IMG/VR virus record: IMGVR_UViG_3300023174_000033 | Location: 124,001-188,000 of that record | Strand: one strand, 5' to 3' | Length of the DNA stretch: 64,000 bases | Position numbers and translations under genes: made by a program | Notes under the pieces: model-generated | Seen by the model: only the letters and a program-made list of their open reading frames with translations | Database searches by the model: none | Told to the model about the DNA's origin: nothing | In this document: positions 49,264-58,563 of the stretch, in pieces | Layout of the letters: each line of letters starts with the position of its first letter | How positions within the stretch are numbered: the first letter of the stretch is position 1

Positions 49264-49283
49264 AATTGAATATATAATTATGT

Positions 49284-50891
49284 ATGTTCAAATATTTACA
49301 CAAATTTCAATCTTTCTTTGAAGCAACTCTTAATATTCAAGAACTAGAAAAACCAGAGAAATCTTCTTCAAAGAAGAGAGGTCAAGTTCTTGTTAATAAG
49401 TTAAAATCAAAAGATCCAATTAAGAAAAAGGATGGTAAATTAGTTACTGTTGACAAGATGTATGTGGATGGTGATTGGGAAGAACCATTGGATGCTGTAG
49501 ACCAAATAACGACAGATGGTGAATATGACCAGGAAAAGGGTAAAGAATATTTTATAAAGAACTTCACACCTGATATGGATCCCAAAAAGTACAAGTATAG
49601 GGGAGTTTTCAAAGATGATGATGGTGACGAGTTTGGATTAACTCAAATTTTCAAATCTGTTGATTTTGGTTCAAAAGGAGCTGGAGTTGATACTGGAACT
49701 AATGAAGTTTTGCAAGCAATATTTATAGGAATCAGATTGGAAAGTAATGAGGACTTGAGTGCGGAAACTATAAGAAAGAGTTACCAAAGATATCTTATTG
49801 AAAGTGAAAAATCACCAACAGTAATGGTTGATGATAAATATGAAAATATTGATGATGAAAAATTGGAAAAGTTTTTATCAAGTCCAAATTGGGTAGAAAC
49901 ATTTATCAACATACCAAACCTTTTATTTTCATATGAAAAGGTTGTGGATAAACAATTCTCTCCTCTAATAGACCCCCAAAAATCATATCTGGTCTATCAC
50001 ACAAGTTTTAAATCCGATAAATCTCCATATTTAATTCTAAAAAAGAAATTCTTACAACTTTCTAAACTATCTAGATCCACAAAAAAAGACTTTAGTAAGG
50101 TAAATTTCAATAAGTTTTGTCCTGGTGATGTTTATCTGTTTGAGCCAAACTCAATCGGTGAATTCAAAAATGATATTGATAATTGTTCAGATATTGATCA
50201 GTTGATCAAAATTTGTGAACGTTATTATAATGAGAGTAGACTCATTCCAATATCACTGAAAATGGTAAAAGTTGGTGGTAGTTACAGTATAATTACCAAT
50301 AACGAGATTGGTTCAAATTCACCTCTATTCCTAATTGATAAGTTTATAATAAATGATGATCCATATAGGGGTATCAATTCAAAGATCAAAACTTCTTCTA
50401 TTTGGTTCTACAGGAAAGAAAATGTACATAGAGACAGGACTATAAATTTTGATTCGTCTGATACATCAAAATATACAGAGATTGATGGTGAAGTTGATGG
50501 ATCAACTTCTAGACATGGTAAAATTTCTCTTGAGCAAATAATTAGAATTATAAGAAAGAATAAACAATTAAATAAGATTGAATCAGTGAATGATTTGAAA
50601 AAATTAACTATTGGAGAGCTGGATGAGAAATTAATGAAATTGTTTGAAGAGTTAGACTCAAAGAGTGGAAATAAGATTCAATACAATTTATCTGATAGAG
50701 GATCAAAGATAGAAGGTAGTGAGAAGAAAATAATTTCAAAAATTCAATCTTTACAAGTTTTAAAAACTTTTTTTGATATTTATTCCAAAGACGAGAAAAT
50801 AGCGAACATTATAATGACAGATATTATGAAATTTGCTTTATCAATTCAAGTTGACTACTTCCTAACTCCTTACTATCTAAGGGTAATCTAA
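49284..50891 (+). CDS. Hypothetical protein, possible PD-(D/E)xK-type nuclease, with capsid-targeting-like N-terminus
   Basis: NE...PGDVYL...IPISLK pattern; begins MFKYLHKFQSFFEA. Confidence 0.5.
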   Translation: MFKYLHKFQSFFEATLNIQELEKPEKSSSKKRGQVLVNKLKSKDPIKKKDGKLVTVDKMYVDGDWEEPLDAVDQITTDGEYDQEKGKEYFIKNFTPDMDPKKYKYRGVFKDDDGDEFGLTQIFKSVDFGSKGAGVDTGTNEVLQAIFIGIRLESNEDLSAETIRKSYQRYLIESEKSPTVMVDDKYENIDDEKLEKFLSSPNWVETFINIPNLLFSYEKVVDKQFSPLIDPQKSYLVYHTSFKSDKSPYLILKKKFLQLSKLSRSTKKDFSKVNFNKFCPGDVYLFEPNSIGEFKNDIDNCSDIDQLIKICERYYNESRLIPISLKMVKVGGSYSIITNNEIGSNSPLFLIDKFIINDDPYRGINSKIKTSSIWFYRKENVHRDRTINFDSSDTSKYTEIDGEVDGSTSRHGKISLEQIIRIIRKNKQLNKIESVNDLKKLTIGELDEKLMKLFEELDSKSGNKIQYNLSDRGSKIEGSEKKIISKIQSLQVLKTFFDIYSKDEKIANIIMTDIMKFALSIQVDYFLTPYYLRVI

Positions 50892-51307
50892 TTTACCTTT
50901 GACTTGACTTCCCAGAAATCGTGTGGAATCATATCTCTGTAGATATCTTCAAACATATCCATAAAGTATTCAAATTCTGGCCTCAAAGCTTTTTCAAAAC
51001 TATCAATGTAATTTTTCCCCTTACTTGATCCAAAATGTACGTTATTATTAAAGTCTGTAATTATATAAATATCAAAACTTGATTTATTTATGGTAATTTT
51101 AGTTCTGAAAATTAATTCATCACCCTCACACCTTAAATCATAAACTTGAACTTTGATCACATCCTCATCATAAATCCGATTGATTGTTTTGGAATTGAAA
51201 AAATAATCTTCATCGTCTTCATTTTTAAGAAAAGGATAAAGACCCAAATTAAATGTTTCCTCGGGTGTCATTAGTTCATTAAATTTCTTTATCCCTTTGT
51301 TTTTCAT
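50888..51307 (-). CDS. Hypothetical protein (begins MKNKGIKKFNE)
   Basis: 139-aa ORF with TATATATA 4 nt upstream. Confidence 0.6.
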   Translation of the reverse strand: MKNKGIKKFNELMTPEETFNLGLYPFLKNEDDEDYFFNSKTINRIYDEDVIKVQVYDLRCEGDELIFRTKITINKSSFDIYIITDFNNNVHFGSSKGKNYIDSFEKALRPEFEYFMDMFEDIYRDMIPHDFWEVKSKVN

Positions 51308-51349
51308 AATCTATATATAATTTTGAATATATAAGTAAATATATTAGGT

Positions 51350-51916
51350 ATGCAAAAATTCTCAAATTTAAGACCCGAAGAGGAATCAAAGTTTAAAAAA
51401 GATGATGTACTTTTTAAAAATGGATCTATGAAAGTAGTAAAGTACGAAGAGTGGCCAGTTATCACAGACAAAGACGCAGTTATCTGCATTCCGTACCTCA
51501 CCGAATTGAATAAGTTTATTATCAGACAAGAATACATACCTTCTTACAAGTATAAAGAAGGTCAACAAAATCACTTGTCTTGCGTCGGTGGCTCAATTGA
51601 AATGGGTGAAACACCGGAAGAAGCTTTATTTAGAGAATTACAAGAAGAAGCTGGAATTGTTTTAAGGGATGGTTATACAATTGAATTTGACAAACCTTTA
51701 TTTTTTATGAAGGGTTCGGCTAACAAATTTTATTCCGCTATAATACCTTTGACTGAAAATGATTATCATGAGGTTGTTATACAAGGTGATGGTAGTTTAT
51801 TAGAGAAAATGAGCCAAACTGCAAAAGTTGATATTAAATACTTAAACTCTATGTTCCCGTCGGATGTGGTTACGGAATATATGTTTATGAAATTAAGACA
51901 GTTTGCTAATCTGTAA
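51350..51916 (+). CDS. Nudix hydrolase
   Basis: Nudix box GGSIEMGETPEEALFRELQEEAG. Confidence 0.9.
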   Translation: MQKFSNLRPEEESKFKKDDVLFKNGSMKVVKYEEWPVITDKDAVICIPYLTELNKFIIRQEYIPSYKYKEGQQNHLSCVGGSIEMGETPEEALFRELQEEAGIVLRDGYTIEFDKPLFFMKGSANKFYSAIIPLTENDYHEVVIQGDGSLLEKMSQTAKVDIKYLNSMFPSDVVTEYMFMKLRQFANL

Positions 51917-53249
51917 TCTCAACAGTTGAGGTTCTACCCTCTCTTTTCATTATTCCTAATATCATTGATTGGACTTGCTTATTAAAGTCTTTTGAATCTG
52001 GTGTTACATATTCATCTATTCTAACTCTAAGTCTATTATCATCTCTATATGTTTTAGATAACCATTCACCCCAAACAGATCTTAACCATTCATCACCCCC
52101 TTCAAAGTACTCTAGCCAATCTAAATTGAATTTCATCGTTAAGAATGGGTGTCCATCTTTCCAATAGTTTTTTACTACCTTGGTTTCTAGGTTGTCCTCT
52201 ATAACTTCTTCCAAAGCTCTGACTATTTTGTTTTGGAATTCATCTACATAAGCATCTACTTGCATATTACTATATAAATCCCTAATTTCATCAATAGTAT
52301 CTTCATCTATTTCATATAGTAATTTACCAATATTCTTTATTCCAACCTTTTGAATCCTTGAAATCAATTCTTCTTTGGAATTTATACCAACACCAACAAG
52401 AGTTTCATACTCATCTTCATCAACTTCTTTGATTTTTTCGAAGTCTGTCACTAGATAATCTACTAATAATTGAATAGTTTTTATGTTTAAATAATAATCA
52501 AACAGTGACTCAACATCTGGTCTATCTGCATAGTCCCAATATCTATCCCATAGTGATTCAAAACCATTATCATCAACTAATATATTGTAGTAATCATCTC
52601 TTGAGGAAACCAAATATCCAGCATATGTATCAGCTGGATATGTTACATAAGCCTGTTCCTTATCATCATAATAAACTTCCAATTTATCATCAAAATCGTG
52701 ATATTCAAATATCATCTTATCGGTTAGATAAAGTGACTTATACCAAATAAGATTTATATTAATAGTTGAAACACCAACTATATCATCTGGTTCTACTTCA
52801 TATTCAATACCACCCTTTATTGTTAATTTGTCCAACTGAAGCATACCATCATCATCAAATAGTTCTATTTTACCAAACTTTGGTTTTATTCTTTTTATGA
52901 ATGATGTTAAAACATATGTTAGGTTTTCATCTGATAGTTCATTTTTTCTTGTCCCACTCATTATCTTAGGACTTACTTCAACTCTAACACAAGGAGTTAA
53001 TTCCCTTTTATTCAAAACTTTTACTAAATTATAAGGTGTGTCTTCTGTTTGATCTATAAATGAAAATGTATAGTTTATTATATAACCACCTTCTTCTAAT
53101 TCAAAAAGTAAATCTTCTATTTCTTCAGGTGTGATTGGCCAGTAATTTTTATATTTCAATTCTGGCCGTTCATACATAGTTCCTTGGAAAAGGTCTAATT
53201 GTTTCTCTTTTAACAAAAAAGTTTTCCAATCAATTAGGTGTTTTGACAT
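51906..53249 (-). CDS. Acidic hypothetical protein (begins MSKHLIDWKTFLLKE)
   Basis: Long ORF; start revised to ATG 53249. Confidence 0.65.
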   Translation of the reverse strand: MSKHLIDWKTFLLKEKQLDLFQGTMYERPELKYKNYWPITPEEIEDLLFELEEGGYIINYTFSFIDQTEDTPYNLVKVLNKRELTPCVRVEVSPKIMSGTRKNELSDENLTYVLTSFIKRIKPKFGKIELFDDDGMLQLDKLTIKGGIEYEVEPDDIVGVSTININLIWYKSLYLTDKMIFEYHDFDDKLEVYYDDKEQAYVTYPADTYAGYLVSSRDDYYNILVDDNGFESLWDRYWDYADRPDVESLFDYYLNIKTIQLLVDYLVTDFEKIKEVDEDEYETLVGVGINSKEELISRIQKVGIKNIGKLLYEIDEDTIDEIRDLYSNMQVDAYVDEFQNKIVRALEEVIEDNLETKVVKNYWKDGHPFLTMKFNLDWLEYFEGGDEWLRSVWGEWLSKTYRDDNRLRVRIDEYVTPDSKDFNKQVQSMILGIMKREGRTSTVEITD

Positions 53250-53262
53250 AGAACATTTTTTT

Positions 53263-53895
53263 TTATTCGGAACTCCAAGAACCATCGCGACCAGATTTTT
53301 TCCAACCGGTTCTTCTTATTACCACTTGAAATTCATTCACTTCATATCTGTCTTTCCCTGATTCTAATTGATTGTAGAATCCATTTAGTCTTTCTGCCTT
53401 GGATAGTGTGGATTTTAGTGGGTTAACATTTAATCTTTTTACTCTTTCACCCAGTGATTTTGTGTATTTCACAAAACTATCAAGGGTATCATTGTCTTTA
53501 TACATTTTTATTTTATACTCATACTGACTACTGTAAACTATAAACGAATATCCATCATCAATGATATCTAAAAAAATATCTTCTATTTCAGCAATTTCGG
53601 GGAAAACACTCCTTTCTTCCCTTATCATTTTATAAACTTGAAATATTTTTTCTTTAAGTTCGGGACTTCCAGAATTTACAACACCATAGAGTTTTTGAGT
53701 GGCTGCTTTATACTCATCATATCCACTTTCATAAAAGTTAAATAAATTCTCAGTTTCTGAATTATTAAAAAAAAGGTCCGATATTGAGTTTGTTGGTTTT
53801 GAATCTTCTGAAAAATAATAAACAATTTCCATTGCCATTTCTTCCGTGAACCTACCATCCACTGATTCATTAAATGTATTCCACCCCTTTATCAT
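53263..53895 (-). CDS. Hypothetical protein (begins MIKGWNTFNES)
   Basis: 210 aa; AATATATA 5 nt upstream. Confidence 0.65.
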   Translation of the reverse strand: MIKGWNTFNESVDGRFTEEMAMEIVYYFSEDSKPTNSISDLFFNNSETENLFNFYESGYDEYKAATQKLYGVVNSGSPELKEKIFQVYKMIREERSVFPEIAEIEDIFLDIIDDGYSFIVYSSQYEYKIKMYKDNDTLDSFVKYTKSLGERVKRLNVNPLKSTLSKAERLNGFYNQLESGKDRYEVNEFQVVIRRTGWKKSGRDGSWSSE

Positions 53896-53946
53896 AAGGG
53901 TATATATTAAAGTTACAGATTTTTATTTTTAGAAAAAACGATACTA

Positions 53947-54393
53947 TCAAACATATGTTTCAAGAGAATCCCTCCCATCGAAAATAACCACCATAGAATC
54001 GTGCATACCAGCTTTGTCACTCACAGACTCCCCCTTAGTGTTTATTCCACTAAATTTCAATCTACCTCTGATGAATCTAATCTCGGTTTTGTTTGGGACT
54101 ATATGGTCATGAAATAATCTTGTAGATGTAGAGACCGGTAGGAGCATAACACAGAGTTTACCCTTTTTTGATTCCTCTATAGCTTTTATTACAAAAGACT
54201 CTTTTAATTTTTGTGAGTATGGTGGATTGATAAAGTTTCTTTCCTTCCATTCAACTTTCAAACCATCCCATTTTTCAATGTCATGATTTAGTGGACAAGG
54301 ATCAAAATTGAAATCAAATTCTTTATTCAAATCATTGTAGAATGATGAGGGAGTTCCCCAATCATCTTTATGATTAAGATTTCTATTCTTCAT
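53947..54393 (-). CDS. Phage DNA N6-adenine methyltransferase (small Dam-type)
   Basis: DDWGTP, FDPCP, FINPPY, LLPVSTST, GRLKF. Confidence 0.85.
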   Translation of the reverse strand: MKNRNLNHKDDWGTPSSFYNDLNKEFDFNFDPCPLNHDIEKWDGLKVEWKERNFINPPYSQKLKESFVIKAIEESKKGKLCVMLLPVSTSTRLFHDHIVPNKTEIRFIRGRLKFSGINTKGESVSDKAGMHDSMVVIFDGRDSLETYV

Positions 54394-54398
54394 AAAAA

Positions 54399-54812
54399 TT
54401 ATATGTAAGAATCATCAAAAGTTAACTCGGTCGGAACTCTTGGAAAATTTTTTCCTCTTTGAATTAGATTTTTCTCAACTCTTTCAGGTTTGAATAATTC
54501 CAGGATATATTTCTCTGCTTTTTCCACATCAAATGGTTTACAAGAAAACATATCTATGAATGTATATCCCTTGTCTTCAAATGAATGAATTGATAGATGA
54601 CTTTCAGCAATTATAACGATTCCTGTGATTCCTCTGTCCTCAGGCACAAGACCTGAATATGGAAAAACATAAGGTTGAGTTATAGGTGTCATACCAATCA
54701 TTTCTGGTAATTCTTTCAATAGTTCAAAATGTAAATTATAATTACTGAGGATTTCTTTTGGACAACCAATTAAATCTAGGGTTAGATGTGGACCGAAAGC
54801 GTCATTATTCAT
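54399..54812 (-). CDS. speD: S-adenosylmethionine decarboxylase (SpeD, pyruvoyl-dependent) family
   Basis: GPHLTLDL, GITGIVIIAE-SHLSIH autocleavage site, IDMFSC. Confidence 0.88.
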   Translation of the reverse strand: MNNDAFGPHLTLDLIGCPKEILSNYNLHFELLKELPEMIGMTPITQPYVFPYSGLVPEDRGITGIVIIAESHLSIHSFEDKGYTFIDMFSCKPFDVEKAEKYILELFKPERVEKNLIQRGKNFPRVPTELTFDDSYI

Positions 54813-54888
54813 TTTTTAATACTTTATTTTTTTTTTTAAAAAAGTATATATTCATTATTAAGTTTCTATTTGAAATATATAAATGGTA

Positions 54889-55440
54889 ATGAAAAGAATT
54901 TTTACCACCCTCAATGAATATGCCTCCTCACAAGAGTATGATAGGTTATTGCAAGTCCGTATGGATAAGATTTTTGATACTATCGAGGAATATAAGACAA
55001 AACATAAGATGAAAATTGAAGTTAGTGATGTAAACTTTGATGCCTATACAGATTTTTCAAAAAAACATTTATTAGAGATAAATGATTTTATTTCTAGTAT
55101 TAATAAAGAGGGTAAGATTTGGCACTGTGATTTCCCCACTTTTTGGGTAAGTAAAATGGATGATTTGGGAGAGGGTCCACAGATCGATGAATTAGAAATA
55201 GAACAGATTCCAATTAGTATTGAGTATAAATATACTCACGTATATTATCCATTTGATCATAAGAAACGTGGATTTGACTATGAGTTAGAGGATAGGTACA
55301 AAGTAACATATAAGGGGTCTACAGATGAATGGTCAAGTGAAGAGTTACTAGAATTGATGAGGGATGGGGCATTTCATTCTGAGTATGGCATTATGGGATT
55401 AACACCGGAAGATGTTAAGAGATGCATTGATAGGATATAA
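54889..55440 (+). CDS. Hypothetical protein (begins MKRIFTTLNE)
   Basis: AATATATA at 54874-54881; start at 54883 or 54889. Confidence 0.6.
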   Translation: MKRIFTTLNEYASSQEYDRLLQVRMDKIFDTIEEYKTKHKMKIEVSDVNFDAYTDFSKKHLLEINDFISSINKEGKIWHCDFPTFWVSKMDDLGEGPQIDELEIEQIPISIEYKYTHVYYPFDHKKRGFDYELEDRYKVTYKGSTDEWSSEELLELMRDGAFHSEYGIMGLTPEDVKRCIDRI

Positions 55441-55452
55441 TTTTTTAATAAA

Positions 55453-56049
55453 TTAGTGCCAATCTTTGAATTCTATACCTAATTCCTCAATTTTAGAAAC
55501 CAATTCTGCTTTCAAATTACCATAATGTGGTGGGAAGTAATGTGGATGAAACTCAACAAATAATTTTTTTATTTTCCTAATCTGGTTAGTTTCAATTAAA
55601 TGTTCCAGTACTGCGAATTCACTACCCTCAATATCCATTTTGCAAATTATATTTGAATCGTCTGGTAAATTTTTCAAAAATTCTGAAAAATTTAAACTTT
55701 CTATCTTTATTGGTTCAACGATACCACATCTTTCCAAATATTGATTTTTCATATCATCAATAACAATTGATGAAGCGTGACCATCAACATTTGATACTCC
55801 ATCTGTGGGTGAATTTGACATACTCTTCACATGATTTTCTTGTTTGAAAAAAACATAACCGTCTTCAATCCAAACAGCTTTCTCAATTGGTGTTATGTTT
55901 GGATGATTTTTAGTACGTTCTACAATCATACATGCCGGATTCGCTTCAAATGAGTAAATATGATAGGTATCGTCAATAATCCCCATACTCAAAAATTGAT
56001 TAATTCCCTCTCCTAGATGAAATCCACAGTCTAGAAATATATTTTGCAT
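55453..56049 (-). CDS. FkbM-family methyltransferase
   Basis: FLDCGFHLGEG, FEANP, KMDIEGSE, VEFH. Confidence 0.85.
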   Translation of the reverse strand: MQNIFLDCGFHLGEGINQFLSMGIIDDTYHIYSFEANPACMIVERTKNHPNITPIEKAVWIEDGYVFFKQENHVKSMSNSPTDGVSNVDGHASSIVIDDMKNQYLERCGIVEPIKIESLNFSEFLKNLPDDSNIICKMDIEGSEFAVLEHLIETNQIRKIKKLFVEFHPHYFPPHYGNLKAELVSKIEELGIEFKDWH

Positions 56050-56114
56050 TTAATTTATATTAATTTTGATATTTATAATTCGGAAAAACATTAAAGTTTT
56101 TTTTTGTAAATTAT

Positions 56115-56145
56115 TTTGAATTCTAAAAACATTCCATTATCTTTG
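56115..56145 (+). promoter_or_regulatory. Bacteroidota-type primary-sigma promoter
   Basis: TTTG(56115)-N19-TATCTTTG(56138-56145). Confidence 0.7.
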
Positions 56146-56184
56146 TATTAAGAATTATAACGCACTTTTTAAAAAAACTATTTA

Positions 56185-57360
56185 ATGGATATAAGAAAAA
56201 AATTCCTAAAATTAACAAAACGTACTTACCCTTATGGAACAGAAACTCAACTGGTTTCTTTTTTGCCACAAGGATATTTCATGGACAAACATGGTAATTA
56301 CTATTATAAAATTGGTGAATCCAAGACAGCTTTCACTTGTCACCTAGATACCGCATGTAAAACACAAGTCACTGTAAATCATAAGATTGACAAGAATATA
56401 ATTTCTACTGATGGGAAATCAATCCTTGGAGCTGATGATAAAGCTGGTATGACAGTACTACTTTACATGATAGAGAAAAACATTCCTGGTCTTTACTGTT
56501 TCTTTATCGGAGAAGAAGTTGGGTGTATTGGATCTGGTAAAGCTTGTTATGACTACGAATTCACCAATTATGACCGTATGGTTTCTTTTGACCGAAGGGG
56601 TACAGAGTCAATAATCACCTTCCAATCATCAAAAAGATGTTGCTCTGATGAATTCGCTAACGAATTGGCAAATAGATTGAATAAGCATGGACTAACTATG
56701 AGGTCGGATAACACAGGTGTCTACACTGATTCTGCTGAATTCATTGATGCTATACCAGAGTGTACAAATATTTCAGTTGGTTATTACCGAGAACACACAA
56801 ACTTTGAGCATCAAGATATTGACCACTTGATTAAACTTTGTATAGCTGTTGCCAAAATTGATTGGGAAACACTTCCAGTTCAGAGAGATAAGACAAAGGT
56901 TGAATATAAGTCCTATTCATATAGTTCTTATAGTAACAAAGGATTTTCGTCTTACGATTATGATTCAAAAAAATACGGAAATGAAGCTGGATTTAGCACT
57001 TATGACTCTTGGTCAGGTTGGGACAAGTCTCCATCAAGGAGGAAAAAATATAAGAAAGAGTATGGTTACTATGACGATTTCTACTTTGAAGATGAAGAGA
57101 AGTATGACAAATATAGTTATGACCTAGATACTGGAGAAGAAAAAGTCGGAAGGTCTTACTATAACAGTATTGATAACGATATAACAGATTCTCGTAGCAA
57201 TCCTTATGTCAATAAATATTCCTCTTTAAGAGAAATGGTTTATGATGATAGACTGACCGATGCTGAAGTTCTTACTCTAAAAGATCAATACTTTGATTTG
57301 ACCGATAGAGAACAATTGGAAACTTATATTGATTTGAGAAATCAAGCGGCTTCCCTATAA
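56185..57360 (+). CDS. M28/M20-type metallopeptidase-like protein with Tyr/Ser/Asp-rich tail
   Basis: CHLDT, LGADDKAG, EEVGCIGS, SFDRRG, TNISVGYYREH. Confidence 0.82.
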   Translation: MDIRKKFLKLTKRTYPYGTETQLVSFLPQGYFMDKHGNYYYKIGESKTAFTCHLDTACKTQVTVNHKIDKNIISTDGKSILGADDKAGMTVLLYMIEKNIPGLYCFFIGEEVGCIGSGKACYDYEFTNYDRMVSFDRRGTESIITFQSSKRCCSDEFANELANRLNKHGLTMRSDNTGVYTDSAEFIDAIPECTNISVGYYREHTNFEHQDIDHLIKLCIAVAKIDWETLPVQRDKTKVEYKSYSYSSYSNKGFSSYDYDSKKYGNEAGFSTYDSWSGWDKSPSRRKKYKKEYGYYDDFYFEDEEKYDKYSYDLDTGEEKVGRSYYNSIDNDITDSRSNPYVNKYSSLREMVYDDRLTDAEVLTLKDQYFDLTDREQLETYIDLRNQAASL

Positions 57361-57560
57361 GGACAAATAATTTCTGAAGATTTTATTTTTTCATCAGGAG
57401 CATTTTGTATCTTTGACTCTGGTATGTTGTGGCTAATTAATAATTTGCTACCCTTTTTTTCAACAATTTGTACTGGTGTGACCATGTTGTTATACCAGTA
57501 TTCTATTAAAACCTTATCACCGATATTAAAATAATTTTTGTACTCTAAAATAAATTTCAT
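57342..57560 (-). CDS. Small SH3/KOW-like protein (begins MKFILEYKNY)
   Basis: FNIGDKVLI; AATATATA 5 nt upstream. Confidence 0.55.
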   Translation of the reverse strand: MKFILEYKNYFNIGDKVLIEYWYNNMVTPVQIVEKKGSKLLISHNIPESKIQNAPDEKIKSSEIICPYREAA

Positions 57561-57577
57561 ACTTTTATATATTAATT

Positions 57578-58561
57578 ATGAGAAAAGCAATTCAGATAAC
57601 AAGGAACCTTTCAGTTGATCAAGAGTTTTTTCAATTTTTATTGAATAATTCATGTTTTATTTCTAATATCTTTATCAATCTAGAATTTGAAAATGAGATA
57701 AATTTCATTGCACCAACGGATGATATAGATAGGATTTCATATCTACCCTCTTCTAAATTTGTTAATAATGAAGATTTTGACCCCTTCGGTAAAGGTGTTG
57801 GTAGGGTAAATTTGAAGATTGGTAGATTCTTAAATAAATTCATTCCAAAAGAAATCATGGAAAAATTTAATATAACAAAATCCGATGTTGAATCTTTTGT
57901 TAATTTATACAAATCCTGGTTTGATAAAAGTAACTTTTGCTTTAAAGTAGTTAGTGGTGAAGAAATTAGAAAGTGGTACGATGAAGAAAACTACTTCAAA
58001 CCAAATGGTTTGGCCATCGGCACACTTTGGAACTCATGTATGCGTTATAAAAAACGTTTGAAGTTTCTTGATTTGTATTGCGAAAATCCAAATATTAAAA
58101 TGTTAGTAATGATTCAAGGAGAAGGTGATGATGCCAAGGTAAGAGCTAGATCTTTACTCTGGGAAAATGTAAATTTAATAAAAGATTTTTCACAAACACT
58201 TCCTGAAAATATAAAAATAATGGATAGAATTTATTCAGTATTTGATTCTGACGTTATAACTTTTAAAAAGTGGGCGAATGAAAATGGGTATATCCCAAAA
58301 TTTGAACAAAATGCGAAATCACACCAGTTCTTTGATATAAAGGGAGAAGTTGTGAGACTCGGGTGCTCGGTTAAATTGGAAAAAACAAAATTCAATAATT
58401 ATCCCTACCTTGACACATTCCCTTTCTTTTCTTGGTATGATGGTGTTCTTTGTAACGACGAATACAATTTCAACTGGGAGTATAAACTTGTGCAAGCGGA
58501 TGGTACCTTGGAAAGACAAGAGCAAGAGGAGGATAATTATGAAGAGAATAATGACTGGTAA
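57578..58561 (+). CDS. Phage hypothetical protein (SCMR / ARxLLW / DRIY / YPYLDT motifs)
   Basis: GTLWNSCMRY, ARSLLW, MDRIYS, YPYLDTF. Confidence 0.65.
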   Translation: MRKAIQITRNLSVDQEFFQFLLNNSCFISNIFINLEFENEINFIAPTDDIDRISYLPSSKFVNNEDFDPFGKGVGRVNLKIGRFLNKFIPKEIMEKFNITKSDVESFVNLYKSWFDKSNFCFKVVSGEEIRKWYDEENYFKPNGLAIGTLWNSCMRYKKRLKFLDLYCENPNIKMLVMIQGEGDDAKVRARSLLWENVNLIKDFSQTLPENIKIMDRIYSVFDSDVITFKKWANENGYIPKFEQNAKSHQFFDIKGEVVRLGCSVKLEKTKFNNYPYLDTFPFFSWYDGVLCNDEYNFNWEYKLVQADGTLERQEQEEDNYEENNDW

Positions 58562-58563
58562 TC

